Shown one piece after another: positions 47,171-61,931 of a DNA stretch of 64,000 nucleotides. How positions within the stretch are numbered: the stretch's first letter is position 1; each line of letters begins with the position of its first letter. The stretch is taken from NCBI GenBank assembly GCA_012295275.1, contig CM022676.1, forward strand, positions 13,888,001-13,952,000, read 5' to 3'. The position numbers and the translations under genes were made by a program. A model generated the notes under the pieces. The model had not been told where the DNA came from and did no database searches. It saw only the letters and a list, made by a program, of their open reading frames with translations. This DNA is from Chrysomallon squamiferum (Eukaryota; Animalia; Mollusca).

Positions 47171-48025
47171 CAGTGTTTCCCAACGTGGGGCCTATGCCCC
47201 ACTGGGGGCAATTCAATAATAATAGGTGGGCAATATGAAAAATATAGTAATATCAACATTTTTATTTTATTTAACCCTATATGGGTACAAATTATAAATT
47301 TATAGGGTAAAATTGTAATTAAAACCCAGCTGAGCACAACAGCTTGTGCAATCTAGTCAAATGTTCACCCACTAATGTTATCGTGCATCTGGCACCAGCT
47401 ATATGCGTAGCTTCTGACTTGTTTAAGAAGGTGAGTTTTAATCAGCTGTTCAACACTCACACTGAAGCTAAAATAGCAGAGGAAACTAACTACTGCCTTT
47501 TTGTCTGTTGTGCCACCAATGTTCGACTAATGAATCCATGAAGAGAGGTCGTCTCGAAAATCATTTGAAGGCAAAACACAGTATTCATGTTAATTGAAAA
47601 CTGGAGTATTTTAAATCCCTAAAGGAGAAGTTTGAAAAAAGATCAACAATAAATTCATTGTTCTCTGCAAGAAGTGCAAGCAAGGATCGTGGTCTTGAGG
47701 CTAGTTATGAAATTTCTCTTCTCATAGCAAAATGGGCAAAAATCATACAATAGGGGAGAATTTAATTAAGCCCGCAATATCAACTTTTCTGAAAGTAGTT
47801 CTTGAAAACGATGACCAAGATCTCAAAAGCATACCGCTCAGTAATAATACTGTTAGTAGCAGGATTGATGAAATGAGCTGTGATGTAGAAGTACAACTTG
47901 TTGAAAAATTAAAATATACAAACTTTTCAATACAGTTGGACGAATCAACTGTAAGAGATAGTGAAGTTCTGTTAATGGCCTATGCAAGATACGTTGATAA
48001 TGGAGAATGTATTGAGGATATTTTT
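47171..48025 (+). mobile_element. hAT Buster/Charlie-type element, 5' part with decayed transposase
   Basis: TIR cagtgtttcccaac preceded by the 8-mer ctcTAtag. Encodes NESMKRGRLENHL..KH, ASYEISLLIAK/GKNHTIGENLIKP, IPLSNNTVSSRI and FSIQLDEST, with a stop and frameshifts. Truncated near 48025. Confidence 0.9.
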
Positions 48026-48099
48026 ATTATTCATTACTTCCCCAGGAAACAACTGATAGTATCTGAAACTGGGCCCTGGATTATGGTTAATAATAATTA

Positions 48100-48209
<110 letters not shown>

Positions 48210-50984
48210 TTGAAGCACATAAATATATAAAAATATAATTATAATGTTAATGTAAAATACAAAAACGGATTTAAAAACAGAGGGACAAATAGAGGGACAT
48301 ACAGAGACAGACAGAGAGAGACAAAAGCATAGAGAGAGAGATTCTGAGGATGAAGGGATTAAAAACAAAGTATCGATAGTGTAATGTTGTTTATGATAAT
48401 GAGATGACGATGATGATAGTGATGATGATGAAACAAGTACAAGTATTACACCAATCAAAATGGTTTAATGATAATAATAATAGCAATAATAATAATAATA
48501 ATATAAATAACAACACCATCAATAAATAAATAAATAAATAAATAGTAATTAGAAATAATAATGTAAAAAAAAAAAATTAAATGAAATATGTTCGCTAACA
48601 TAAGAGAAAGTAATATATGGTGTCACTCCGTAAAGATAAAATCGTTTTAATGCATGATCAAGATCGTAATGTGGATTCGATGATTTGTCTAAAGATTTAC
48701 AGACACAGAAAATAATTCGGAAGGGACGAAGGCTTTACCATTGTCATCATCATTTTCCTACCTGCGTAATTCCCATCATGAATAAGCTGAAACTCTCTAG
48801 GAATGAGTCCATTATCACACTGTACAGCAAACGCAATTAATTTTATAAAAAAGGAGATCCTGATGAATTGTGGGTAAAATGTCGTGTTGTACCAAAGATG
48901 TTGAATGACTAAAAGAGAAGATAAGACTTCTTTGACTTACATATTCTTACAACAAAGATCATGAACAGGAATCCCGAAGTCACAATCAAACTGTAACATG
49001 AGCTTTACCACTGATACAACATCACAGATCACTGCAGCTGAGCAGCATCACCTTTGTCAGAAAACATGAGTTGCTGTCTTTAAAGAATTGAAAAGTTGAG
49101 AACTATATGATATAAATGAATAGTGTTTTGGTATATTTAGCTTCCGTTCATAATTACAATTATAATTTAAGATATGTTTTCTTTATAAATGAAGGGACAG
49201 GATTATACTATAATAAAATAATTTAGTTGTTTAATGATTAAAGTATGTTGGTAACAGCTTAAGCATGTGCCCTTGTTGATAAATCATTAATGCAACGATT
49301 ATTTGAAAGTTATGAACTAATTATGTCTGTGCACGCTACATTCAAGACACTAAATTCATTCATTCGCTGAAGAAAGTATTGAAATTAACTGAATAGATGT
49401 AGATGTTCACTGGAAAATATCCAGTAATTAAACAGACAACCACAAAAACACAAAAAACACGTACCTGTACCTAATTTTACTTTATATTTTTCTAGTATAC
49501 TTAAGTTATAAAATTTATAATAAACAAATAAATAAATTATATATATGTAGATAGAAAGATAGATGGGTAGATAGGCAGAGCAGATAAAGGGACATACTTC
49601 TAGGCCGACACACAAGCAGCCTGACAGAAATGTATGTAGTTTGCCTTTTGGTGACACTGACATTCATCACTTGTAAACTGGTACACAGAAAAGTGTTCTT
49701 CACTTTTCTTAGCAATAAAACTTTGTAAATGAAAATAGTTTATAAATATTTGTACTTATATATGTAGTACGTTCCATGTCACTTACAAAAATGCTTTGAA
49801 ACAACACCCGTGACCATATTATGCATATGAAAATGTCAATCAGGATGTAAATTAAACTTGTTGCGTTTGGAATAGACACACTCATCTGTTCAGTTTTGAA
49901 ATCAGAAGTGTTATTTCTTTCCATATATTTGGATTCATTTTTTTAAATAGTTTTATGAGTATGTATTAAGAGTGAAATATTCAGTAATAATATTAATAAT
50001 AAAACTGCATACACAAAGTAAATTATCGATTAAACCTAATAGTCATCCGATGAACGAAAACTTGTTTATACTTTTTAAAACAACAAATCGTATTACAATT
50101 CGATTAATATCTTCTTGTTTAAATTTCTATGTATTTTTATTCATTTCATTTAAAACTCGGAATAAGTGAGACATATAATTATGTTCTAAAATGAAAACTG
50201 TGAACTGAATAACAGTTATAACTGTGTCAACAAAACATTCACTGATTATATTTGATATCTGGAATGGTATTGTTATGACAAGCTCAAATTTGCACATTTT
50301 GGCCTTAAATGGGCGTGACTGCAGCCATAAAGACAAACTAATAGTAAAAAATGAGTTTAGTAGTAAAACAGACTTAGTACAGACATGCTGACCTCAGTTT
50401 GTCCATCTCTGACACTTTCAGTGATTTAATGTAAATAAATGCTCCAGGTTGCACTAATCTTAAAAGCAGCTTAAATATAAGATTGTGAAGTTAAAAGGTT
50501 TTTTTGTTTGTTTGTTTGTTTCTGGGATAATTTGTCACGGGATGAACCTGAGCGATATTTTCCAAAAGATTATATTTATAAACTTAAATAGTTTAACGTT
50601 TTTAATCCACAAGTTTATTTTCGAAATTTGTAATCACCATCTTACATTTTGTCTTTGATTTAGTTTCTGGATGGAGAATCCTTACAGTCAAATGTTATTA
50701 TCCGTCAGATGTCTCTAGTAGCAATTGGATACATTACGTTATATGATTCAAGATTTTCTTTACTTATATTTAGTTTTTATTAATTAATTCATGTATTTCC
50801 ATTTATTCTTTTTGTCTGTATTTTATAACGGCTGGACACACTGCAGACGTGTACGAAATTCCATCTGTTCATATTAAAAAATCTATCACATTTACTTAAA
50901 TGCTATCTTCATATATACCAAACATCAAATTTAATCGTTGTATTTTAATTTGTTTTTGTTTTGTTTTTCTTGTGCTTTTTTCAG

Positions 50985-51060
50985 ACAGGACAAACATTTA
51001 CATGTAAAGCAAGTAGTTCTGAACTTTCAGAAAGTAACCAGTTCCAGCTTAGTGTTCGAT
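50985..51060 (+). pseudogene. 3' remnant of the Ig-a exon, module A, copy 2
   Basis: TGQTFTCKASSSELSESNQFQLSVR then gtaag. The 5' two-thirds is replaced by unrelated T-rich sequence. Confidence 0.75.
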
Positions 51061-51847
51061 GTAAGTTCCAGATTCTCAGATAAACTTACGACTTTAAATA
51101 CAAAAAATAATATGAGAAACACGGAATAAAAACCCCACAAAAAACATCAAGATAAATATCGAATCCCGGTTTTCATTTTCATTTCACCTCAACAAAATCT
51201 GTTAAATGAAGACATGTTAATAATGTATAGAAATATTTTAAAATAACATAATTTATTCAGCGGTTTCTTCAAAGTTATCGCTGATTTATTGATGTTTATC
51301 TACATTTGAAACAAAACCTCAACAAAATATTTTACGAAATGAAATGATATAGAATTAGTGAGTAAAGTTTAAGAAACTTTACCAGTTTTCTATCGCATAC
51401 ACTTCCAAACCACAAGTTTAATGTATACTAAGAATCTGTCACTAACAATTATATCTTTTTTGAATATTTTAAATTACTTTTCCTATTTTCTTTATTCTGG
51501 TCTGAACTTCTAACATTTTTAAATCCAGAACTGCCTACAAAATATGTTTTAGTGACTGCAATAAAGTGTAACTATGATTATTTTCTAGCTTTTATTTATT
51601 TATTTAATTATTATGATTATTATTTCTTATAGTTCATTATCTTTTTTTTTTTTTTTTTTGTTTGATTTTTTTCATCGTATTTGTAGCGTGGTAAGCAACA
51701 TTCTTTTCAATTTTAACAGAATAATTCAAAATGAACTGGAGAAACGTGTCTGACTAGATATTGCTGTAGATGTGCTGACACTGTTTACCTATCGTGTTGT
51801 CAGTACTTGTATGAAAAACTTCAGCCTGATTTTGTTTTAGCTACATA

Positions 51848-52391
51848 CAGTGGAACATCGGGTTACGAACTTAATCCGTTCCAGAACTCGGTTCGTAAAC
51901 AGAATTGTACGTAAACCGAAGAAATGTCAGACACACAAACGCCACTTTTATGTTTTGCAATTATTTCTTTCTTAACCTCTACTCTGATAGATTTATAATT
52001 TCCACCAGCATTATAGCTTTCACGTTTTGTTTTCTTGGGCACAACAGTGTGTAATAGGAATTATACACATAAAATTAGCAACACTTTAAAATTAATGCGA
52101 TCGCACAATCTAAATGCAAAAGATATTGAGCTGCAACTGCATATTAAAGACTAAAGACCTAAATTCATGACACATATTTGCTGAAAGGCATGCCGATAAT
52201 CACTACTTTGACTTCGATTTGGACGTAAGCATCTATTCTTATCTTTACTGGATGTTGAGGTCAAAAGAAAGCTTGTCGTGGCGGGTCGCTGTAGTTGGTA
52301 TTTCGTCAACCGAGACAAAATGTTCCCAAGATCACGATTCCTAATCCGAATTATTCGTGCTTCGAGGTGTTCATAGCCCGACGTTCCATTA
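51848..52391. mobile_element. About 540-bp pogo/Tigger-like MITE
   Basis: TA|cagtggaacatcgggttacgaac ... gttcatagcccgacgttccatta imperfect TIRs. Module B shows the empty site (near 5075 and 55705). Confidence 0.7.
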
Positions 52392-52662
52392 AAAAAAAAT
52401 AACAATTCTTCTTAAATATCTTTCCTACATTAAGTGATAATGAAACAAATTATTGCTTTAGTTCTTTTCCTGGTTCTATTCTAATTTACTAGTAGTGAAA
52501 ATAAAAGAGCGTTGCAGACAATGTTTATGTTTCCACATGCACAGATACAGAATTGCTTTTAGAGTAAGATACTAAACATTTTATTACCAGTGTTTGAAAG
52601 ATTTCACATCTTTATCAAACGTTAGTGATTTTACACGTAGTAAATGTTTTCTACCATTGCAG

Positions 52663-52941
52663 ACCAAACTTCTATTACATCTTTGAACTTAAACTCCAAT
52701 TCTACAAAGTTAACAGTCGATGAGCTGACTCCCATGACTCTGAGATGTGAAGTTGACAGTAATCCAGCATCTCACATCAAACTGTTAAACAACTCACACA
52801 TTCTACGTGAAGTGAACAACTCCAAGTCAGTGGAGTACAGCTGGAATGAAGCTGGATGTCTGGATACAGGATTTTACACTTGTGAAGCAGGAAACAACGT
52901 CAAGTCTGATGTCAGTCAAAGCGTGCAGCTTATTGTTAAAT
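52663..52941 (+). CDS. Ig-b exon, module A, copy 2 (intact)
   Basis: 279 nt, phase 1-1, open frame, canonical splice sites. Confidence 0.85.
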
Positions 52942-53427
52942 GTAACTGTTATTTGTAACACAAATTAGAATATCAGTAATAACAGAAATAACAAATTACA
53001 AACATAGATACATTTACACATGCACAGACACACTAACATACACACACGTGAATAAGTGCGCGCGCATGTTTCTTTCTTCTTCTCATATGGTCATGTTTGT
53101 CAACGTTAGTTAGCCTGACTGTCTTTCTGTCTACAAGGTTCACTGAGGATTCCCGAGTATATTAATTCTGATATCAGTAAAAGGGTGCAGCTTGTTGTTA
53201 AATGTAACACAAATTACAATATCAGTAATCAGTAATCGTAAAATAAGCAACATGCACACACATACATCTAAATGTATGCACACAAACACATACATTGAGA
53301 CACATACACAAAGATATATATATAATCATGATCAGACACATAAACACACACACGCACACTTTCTTCCTTCCTCTGATATGGTCATGTTTTGAACGTTAAT
53401 TACCCTGATTTTCTTTCTGCCTACTAG

Positions 53428-53716
53428 GTCCACCGAGGATTCCTTCCAATATGAACATAAAGAGAATCAGCTCTTCTGCCATCTCAGTGTCTTGGACAGA
53501 GGAATTTAACGGCGGCTTCGTGCAAACATTCATTGTACAGTACAGAGAAAACACGTCAACACAGTGGAACAACGTCACAGAAAAATTTCTAGAAAGTGGT
53601 CAACACAGAACTGTGATAGAATTTCTGAAAACAAACACGAATATCTTTTGAGGATTTTGGCTTATAACAAATACGGAGTTAAAGGTTTCACAGATGAGAG
53701 AGATTTTTTATGATAG
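53428..53716 (+). pseudogene. FN3 exon, module A, copy 2, 1-nt frameshift
   Basis: Full length, but acgaatatctt versus acgaagtatctt in module B shifts the frame near 53640. Confidence 0.75.
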
Positions 53717-54575
53717 GTACGTGTATTAATAAACAGGTAATATACATTTCAAGGTAATTACGTAAATGTCATTTGGTTTACTTCCAGTCTTATTAGAACT
53801 GGAACATAGTTATATAGTTTATTTTATCATCAACATTTTAGAAATCATCAATTATGTTGTGTTATATTGTACAATTGAAAACAAATTTATTGCATAGATA
53901 AATAATAGGTAATGATGATAATAGTGTGTTAACGATCGTATCTTGTGTTTGTATGCAGAACTGAAACAAAACAAAACTGTAATTTCATTAGCACGATTCT
54001 TTAATCACATATTCTATAAAACATATTAAAATAAGAAATTAGAATAAATTAGTAGTTTCCTTTTCCATATTAGAATTACTTCTCAGCTACTTTGAGATAC
54101 AATAAATCTGTAAACAAAATTAAATTTAATCATCATTATTTTTCTAAATTCTGCTTTACATAACAATTATTATTATTATTAGTAGTAGTAGTAGTAATAC
54201 TAGTAGTAGCAGTAGTAGTAGCAGCAGTAGTACTAGTAGTAGTAGTGGTAGTAGTAGTCGTAGAGTACGTAATAGTAGTAGTAGCAGCAGTATTTTTGAA
54301 TCACTTATCTTGTTTCTTGTCATAATGCATTAAAACTCTCAGATTCACTTATGAACGTGGATTGGTATATTTTGTCTTCGAGTTCTTCGAACATTTACCG
54401 TTCAAACAGAAACTTAGAGATCTATCTTAATGTTTCCAAATCTACATTTCATTTCCAGTTACAAATATGCACATTATTTCTTTCCTTCTTTTTCTTTCTT
54501 TCTTGCTTTCTTTCTTTACTTATTTCTTTCTTTATATATAAATATTCTTTCATTTACTTATTTATTTATTTATAG

Positions 54576-54830
54576 ATCGAGTCCTCTCGGTTAAATTTAG
54601 TCCTTCAACTCCAGGAAACATTGTTGAAGGAGAAACTCTAAATGTGACCCGTTTTGCTGATTGTGACTCATCTTGTGTCTACACGTGGAGAAGTGAAGAT
54701 CGGTATTTGGTCAACAGTTCTCAGTTAACTGTTGGTCCTATCAGCAGAAATCAGACAGGACAAACATTTACGTGTACTGCAAGTAATAATGGACTTTCAG
54801 GAAGTAACCAGTTGCAGCTTATAATTCGAT
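54576..54830 (+). CDS. Ig-a exon, module B, copy 2 (first Ig Cys changed to Arg)
   Basis: 255 nt, open. ACC CGT TTT (TRF) in place of ACC TGT GTT (TCV). Confidence 0.75.
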
Positions 54831-55479
54831 GTACGTTCCAGATTCAGACATAAACTTACAGCTTTAAATACTCAAAGAATATGTCAAAAAGAGTAGAAAA
54901 AATTGAAAAATAAATATTAAGATAAGCATTAAATACCAGCTTTTGATTTCTAATTCGTATCAACAAAATGAGTGTTATGTGAAAGCATGATAATAAAATA
55001 TAAGAATTTCGTAAATTAACATAATTTATGCAGAGGTTTCTTCATAATTTCTTCTTCCGCTGCCATTTCTCACTCGCGCTAAAATTCTAATTTAGTACAC
55101 ACAGTTGAAGAATTATTTTCTATTTCTCACTCGCACTAAGAGTGTTATTTCAGCTTTTTCACTTTAGAACCAGCATATTATTGGTGTATATCCCGTTTTT
55201 TATAGGCATTGACTTCCAAACCTGTAATGCTTCATCTATCTGTCATAATAATCTGTGTTTTCATTATATTTTAAAATATATTCCAGCTTTTCTTAATTCT
55301 GAACTGAAGTTGTAACGTTATTCAATCAAGAACTTGGATGTCTCTTATTGAGTTCCCAACGAGAGGCAACTGTCTGTAGAATCACTTTCATCTTCCGCTT
55401 TAATGACTTCTTCAAAGATCTAAGTGTTATCATGATTTCTTTTAGAAAGTTCATTACATGATCTGTTTGTTAGTTGTTG

Positions 55480-55540
<61 letters not shown>

Positions 55541-56019
55541 TTATTTCTTCCATGTTAAGTGAAATTCTTGTCATCTTTAAAAAAATGTTCAGAGTGAACT
55601 GGAGAAACGTATCTGACTAGATAGTGCTGTAGATGTGATGACACTATTTACGCATCATGTTCCCAGCACTTGTGTGAAAAACTTCAACCTGATTTTGTTT
55701 TAGCGATGCACAATAAAACTTCTTTATAAATATCTTTCCTACATTACGTGATCATCAATAGTACTTTCCTTTGATGATCTTTCTAAGTTAATTCGAATTT
55801 ACTGACAGAGGAATATTAAAGTAAAACTATTGTAGACAATCTTTTTATCTCCACAACATACATACATACAGATCTGCTTTTGGAGTAAAACGACTGACAC
55901 TGTTTTAGTATTTAGCACTATGTGGTAATGAACATTAAATTATTAGTTTTCGACTTGTTTCACCTTGCAGCTCAATGATCGTTGATTTCACATATAGCAC
56001 ATGTATTCAATCATTGCAG

Positions 56020-56298
56020 ACCAAACTTCTATCACATCTTTGACGTTCAACTCGAAGTCTACAAAGTTAACAGTTGATGAGCTGACTCCCATGAATCTGA
56101 GATGTGAAGTTGACAGTAATCCAGCATCTCACATCAAACTCTTAAACAACTCACACATTCTACGTGAAGTGAACAACTCCAAGTCAGTGGAGTACAGCTG
56201 GAATGAAGCTGGATGTCTGGATACAGGATTTTACACTTGTGAAGCAGGAAACAACATCAAGTCTGATGTCAATCAAAGCGTGCAGCTTATTGTTAAAT
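56020..56298 (+). CDS. Ig-b exon, module B, copy 2
   Basis: 279 nt, open, canonical splice sites. Confidence 0.85.
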
Positions 56299-56599
56299 GT
56301 AACTGTTTTTTAACACAAATTAGAATATCAGTAATAATGGAAATAGCAACTTGCACACATACACACATTTACACATGCATACATTTATGTGCGCGCATTC
56401 TTATTACAATATGGTCATGTTTATCAACGTTAGTTAGCCTGATTGTCTTTCTGCCTACAAGGTACACTGAGGATTCCCGAGTGTATACATGTATATATAG
56501 AGACGCAGATACAAACACTCATATGCACATTTTTTTCTTTCTTCTCATATGGTCATGTTTTTCAACATTAATTAGCCTGACTGTGTTTTTTCCTACAAG

Positions 56600-56979
56600 G
56601 TACACCCAGCCCTCCTTCCAATGTGAGCCTGCAGAGAATCAGCTCTTCTGCCATCTCAGTGTCTTGGACAGAGGAATATAACGGTGGCTTCGTGCAAACA
56701 TTCATTTTACAGTACAGAGAAAACACGTCATCACAGTGGAACAACATCGCAGATACATTTCTAGAACGTGCTCTACACACAAACCATACAACAGTGATAG
56801 CGCCTCTGAAATCAGACACGAAGTATCTTGTGAGAATGTTGGCTTACAATAAATACGGAGTTAAAGGTTTTACAGATGAGAGATATATTTTGATGACAGT
56901 CATATATGATATTTTGATTACTGACAAAGGTCATTTTATTAATACATCATCACATAATAATTCAGATCAAAATAAGTAA
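56600..56979 (+). CDS. FN3 exon, module B, copy 2, donor deleted, reads through to a stop
   Basis: Full-length FN3. The ggtacctt present at 6213-6220 is missing near 56898, and the frame stays open to TAA at 56979. Confidence 0.7.
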
Positions 56980-57564
56980 TAACATTCATTAAAAATTTCA
57001 ACATGGAAGCAAATTAAACAACGCCCTCTCAGTTTCGCCGAACTGTTGTAATGCTTGTATCCGAGTTTGCAAAAATTGTAAACAATAGATGCACTGATGT
57101 AAACCTTAATTAATATTTCTAATAACAGAAGAAAATAATTATTAAAATAAATGAACAAATTGTCCATCTTATTTATTATTGATTATATACAATAATCAAT
57201 AAAATATAATGTGGTTGTTGTTGTTGCTATGTGTAAAAGTTACCATCATAAGAGGAGCACTAACTAGAAGCACGAACACAAAAAGAACATTTTTCCAATG
57301 GGAAATCAAGTTATTATTTTACAGGAAACAAACCTGATTAATCAGTGATTTACTTTTTTCTCATTATAATTATAATATTAATAAAAGTTACTCATCTACA
57401 AACATCATTTCCAAGTGTAACTAATATAAAGCCACTCCCTCAATTTCGCCGAACTGTGGCCATCTTGTGTGTATTTTGTAAAGATCCACCATAATTGTTG
57501 CTCCGGTGTAAACCTTAATTTAAAAAAGAATAACAATAAAAAAAGAAATGAAATAATAATAATA

Positions 57565-57601
<37 letters not shown>

Positions 57602-57749
57602 TAAAATAAAATAAAATAAAATAAAATTACATTACATTAAAACAAAATAAAGTAAAATAAGTAAAGTAAAACAAAAAAATTAAAGAAACAGAGATATTAT
57701 AAACTGTTTGATTTAGCCCACATTTTCGTTTTTCTGATAATTAGCACGC

Positions 57750-57810
<61 letters not shown>

Positions 57811-59298
57811 TTGTTGTTATTCTAAGACAAAAGAAAAACAGCTGATTTTAGATATAGAACTTTCAAAATCTTTAAAAAGAAAAAGACTACAAACAATAAT
57901 GCTATAATAAATCAATTAATTATTGGTCAGTATTTCGCGACCAGGAAACAAAAATGTCCGGTTTTCTTCATCTAGACACCTGCATGGAAAAATAATCAAA
58001 AATAAGTAAAATACGACTTGTCTTATATGATATTTTGATTACTGATAAAGGTCACTTTATTAATACATAATCATATAATAATTCAGATCAAAATCAGTAA
58101 TAACATTCATTAAAAATTTCAACATGGAAGCAAATTAATCAACGCCCTCTCAGTTTCGCCGAACTGTTGTAATGCTTTTATCCGAGTTTGCAAAAATTGT
58201 AAACAATAGATGCACTGATGTAAACCTTAATTAATATTTCTAATAACAGAAGAAAATAATTATTAAAATAAATGAACAAATTGTCCATCTTATTTATTAT
58301 TGATTATATAAAATAATCAATAAAATATAATGTGGTTGTTGTTGTTGCTATGTGTAAAAGTTACCATCATAAGAGGAGCACTAACTAGAAACACGAACAC
58401 AAAAATAACATTTTTCCAATGGGAAATCAAGTTATTATTTTACAGGAAACAAGCCCGATTAATCAGTGATTTACTTTTTTCATTATTTGAAACAAAAGAC
58501 CAATTTTGATCATTCGTCTAACTTTTAATATGAAGCTAACTAACCTGACTCAAAACAATCAAAAGAGATTAATAAATAAAATAAAATTTATTTTAAAAAC
58601 CCTACAAAACAAAATTGATCAAGTATTTATGAATTAAAAACTAATATACAAAGATCAATTAAATATATTTTAAACAATGAAATAAAATTAGGTTCTAAAA
58701 ACAATTTTTGTTATATTACTTTCTTGAATTCGACAAACTGATGTATATGTGGCTGTAATTGATTTCTATATTACAAAAATGTAAGATATTCCTAAAATAT
58801 TTTAAAATGAGTAAATTCTTCTTCTGTGCTATGATTCTCTTTTCCACTGTCTCTAAACATATATATATCAATTACATTTTTATTTATTATTTTATACAAT
58901 TTTTTTTTCAAATTGTTCTTAACAATATTATTAAAAACATGTAATTCTCTTATCATTAGTTCTTTATATGTGATTCTATTTTTGTTAATTTTCAACTGCT
59001 TTCTTCATTTTTTGCTTGTTACCTATCTACTGATTTAATTGTGTTTTTGTTAAACTTTTGTTCTGTGTTTATTTATTAATTATTTCTTTATTTAGGTTTT
59101 ATATATTTATATATATATATATATATATAAATATATATATATATATGTAACCAAAGCCATGATTTCTTTATGGAATAAATATAAAAGTAATGTGCATTTG
59201 TTCTTTACATGTCTTTTTTGTTTTAAAAATTATTTAATTAATGTTTCTTCTACTTCTTCTTTTTTTCATCATCATCATCTTCTTCTTCTTCTTCTTTC

Positions 59299-59407
<109 letters not shown>

Positions 59408-59791
59408 TTTCTTATTATTCTATTTATTTTACCTTTTACTATTATTCATTATTTATTTATTTTTATTCTTTTTTTAGCTTCTGATCTTCAGTTGTCTCAG
59501 AAATAATTAAAACAAATAAATAATAATAAATACATTTTTTTAAAAAAGAGGAAAAAAGAGGGATAAAAAATCAGATTTCTTTGATGAAACAGTTTCTTTT
59601 ACTAGATAACAGACATCCTCAATTCCTTATTAATGAAGTGGTGGCCTATCACAAGATCATACATGCTTCTTTCAGGCCTACACATTTTCCAGGTAGAAAC
59701 ACTAGACCAGGTCAATGAGTGCAAGAAGAAATATGAGAAAAGTGAATGTTAAAGTTTGGTTTATAAGTCCCCAGATAGAGCTGCTGCTTGT

Positions 59792-59879
<88 letters not shown>

Positions 59880-60568
59880 AAACAATGAAAATTAAAATTA
59901 AAGTTATCTTTAATTCAGTAAATCCAAGGCTTTGTTTACAAGAGGTTTAGGACCAGTGTTATCAAGGTTAGGAACAGATTTAAATACAAACTCATCTCAA
60001 CACACATTTCATAAAACATACTAAAAGATAAAATTATTATTAATTAATTATAATTGAAACTGACCTTTTTCTCATTTTTTTCAATTGTATTTATTTATTT
60101 TTTCAGACTTTTACAACGAGAGTCTAGGCCTAGGCCAGCATTGTCAGGATTTGGGTTTGATATCAGTTTTAACTTTTAATATAAAACATGATGAACAATA
60201 TGTACAAGTCTTAAAATGATAGTTTTTTTTTTTTTCACATATACATGTATTTAATAAAATTTCTGTCTTTCTTTCTTTATTAAAGTGCATTTGTTCTGTC
60301 TAAGCCACTTTCTCTTTAAAACTATTTATTTATTTGCTAGGGTAGATTTTATTTTTGAGATATTACGGACATCAGCAGCTATTCGGTTTAAAACAAATAA
60401 ATGATGTTGATAATTAAACACTCTCATGTTGTTTTCATTTTATTTTTCTCAGTTTGATCCACATTATAAGCAGCATTGATATTTGTTAGAGTTACCTCCC
60501 TGCTGAAAGCAAGATAACTGTCATGATCATTCATTTTTTATTTTGGTGATTGATTCACAAACATAACA

Positions 60569-60620
<52 letters not shown>

Positions 60621-61890
60621 TATTCCTGTAGTACTGACTGCCAAGTACTATGTGGTTTAAGTGAAATACTAATACAGTAGATGTGTACAAAATTAGGATA
60701 AAAAAATGGCTGTTTAACTGAAACTTAAAGACAAAATTAAAATGAAATTTTGAAATCTGTGTTAAATATTTTGGATAACTAGTGTTAGGTAAACTTTCAA
60801 GAGATATTGTTCAAAACTGAAATTAATATTAGTTTACATTTATGTATAATTTTTATTTTCTATGTAAAATAATTCTAAATACACTAGATGTGATAGATTT
60901 TCAGATATACCAATACTGGATTTAGTTATTTCATAAATTATTAAACTGAGTAATGTCGAGTATCTATTTTGTAAGATTCTACATTTTAATGTAAATAAAT
61001 GTGTAAAAAAAACCTTAGTAGTTTTAGTCTAATTAATTTCAATAATTTCTTTCTTAAAAAAAAAAAAAATAAAATAAAAGTAAAAAAAAAAATAAAATAA
61101 AATAAAATAAAATAAAATAAAATAAAATAAATAAATAAATAAATACTAATAATAATAATAATAATAAAAATAATAATGAAATGAACTGTTCAGTTGAAAC
61201 AAAATGTTCACTGAAAGTGAGTCGCCATATATACCTGTATCTAATAAAGTAATTAAAGCTGTAATAACACATATATATAAAGATTTCACCTGTTTATATT
61301 CATTAGAAAACTATTATCAACACACATATAGAAAATCACCAGTGGGCGAGGGGTGAAGTGACTGTTGCTGTTTGCACAGATCTTGTTTAGAGAACCGCAA
61401 AGAAGAATAGATGCTATACATATTTTAACAAATCATTAATAGGAGAAGATAAATTTAAATAGTTCTCCAATACATTTAAAATAGTTATAATTCTCGTAAC
61501 ATAAAGTCACTGTGAATTCATGGTCAGAAGAGTATAACAGTTTTATGATACCTTAAAAAATCAAACCAAAAAAAAAAAACAACAACAAACAAAAATGTTA
61601 ATTCAGTAACAGAAAAATAAAAAGAGAAAAAGAATAAGAATAAAGGCTAGTGCTTCTACTACTACTCTGTTGAACTACTACCAATGATAATAAAGTATAT
61701 GATAGACAATTAGAAAAACCTGAAATAAAGAATTTGAATTAAATTTTAATCTTAAAAAAAAAAAAAAAAAAAAATAAATAAATAAATAAAAATAAAATAT
61801 CGAGATATTCATCATAGCGGTCTAAGGGGAACAACTCTATTTTAGTATCGTGATCTAATTGGAAATTCGCACTTAACAACAAATAAATAT

Positions 61891-61931
<41 letters not shown>

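Noticed and set aside
48760-49085. Possible minus-strand exons as the missing 5' BTB exon
   Set aside because: Splice-like sites exist, but no frame gives BTB motifs such as SDVxF, AHK/R or SxVF.
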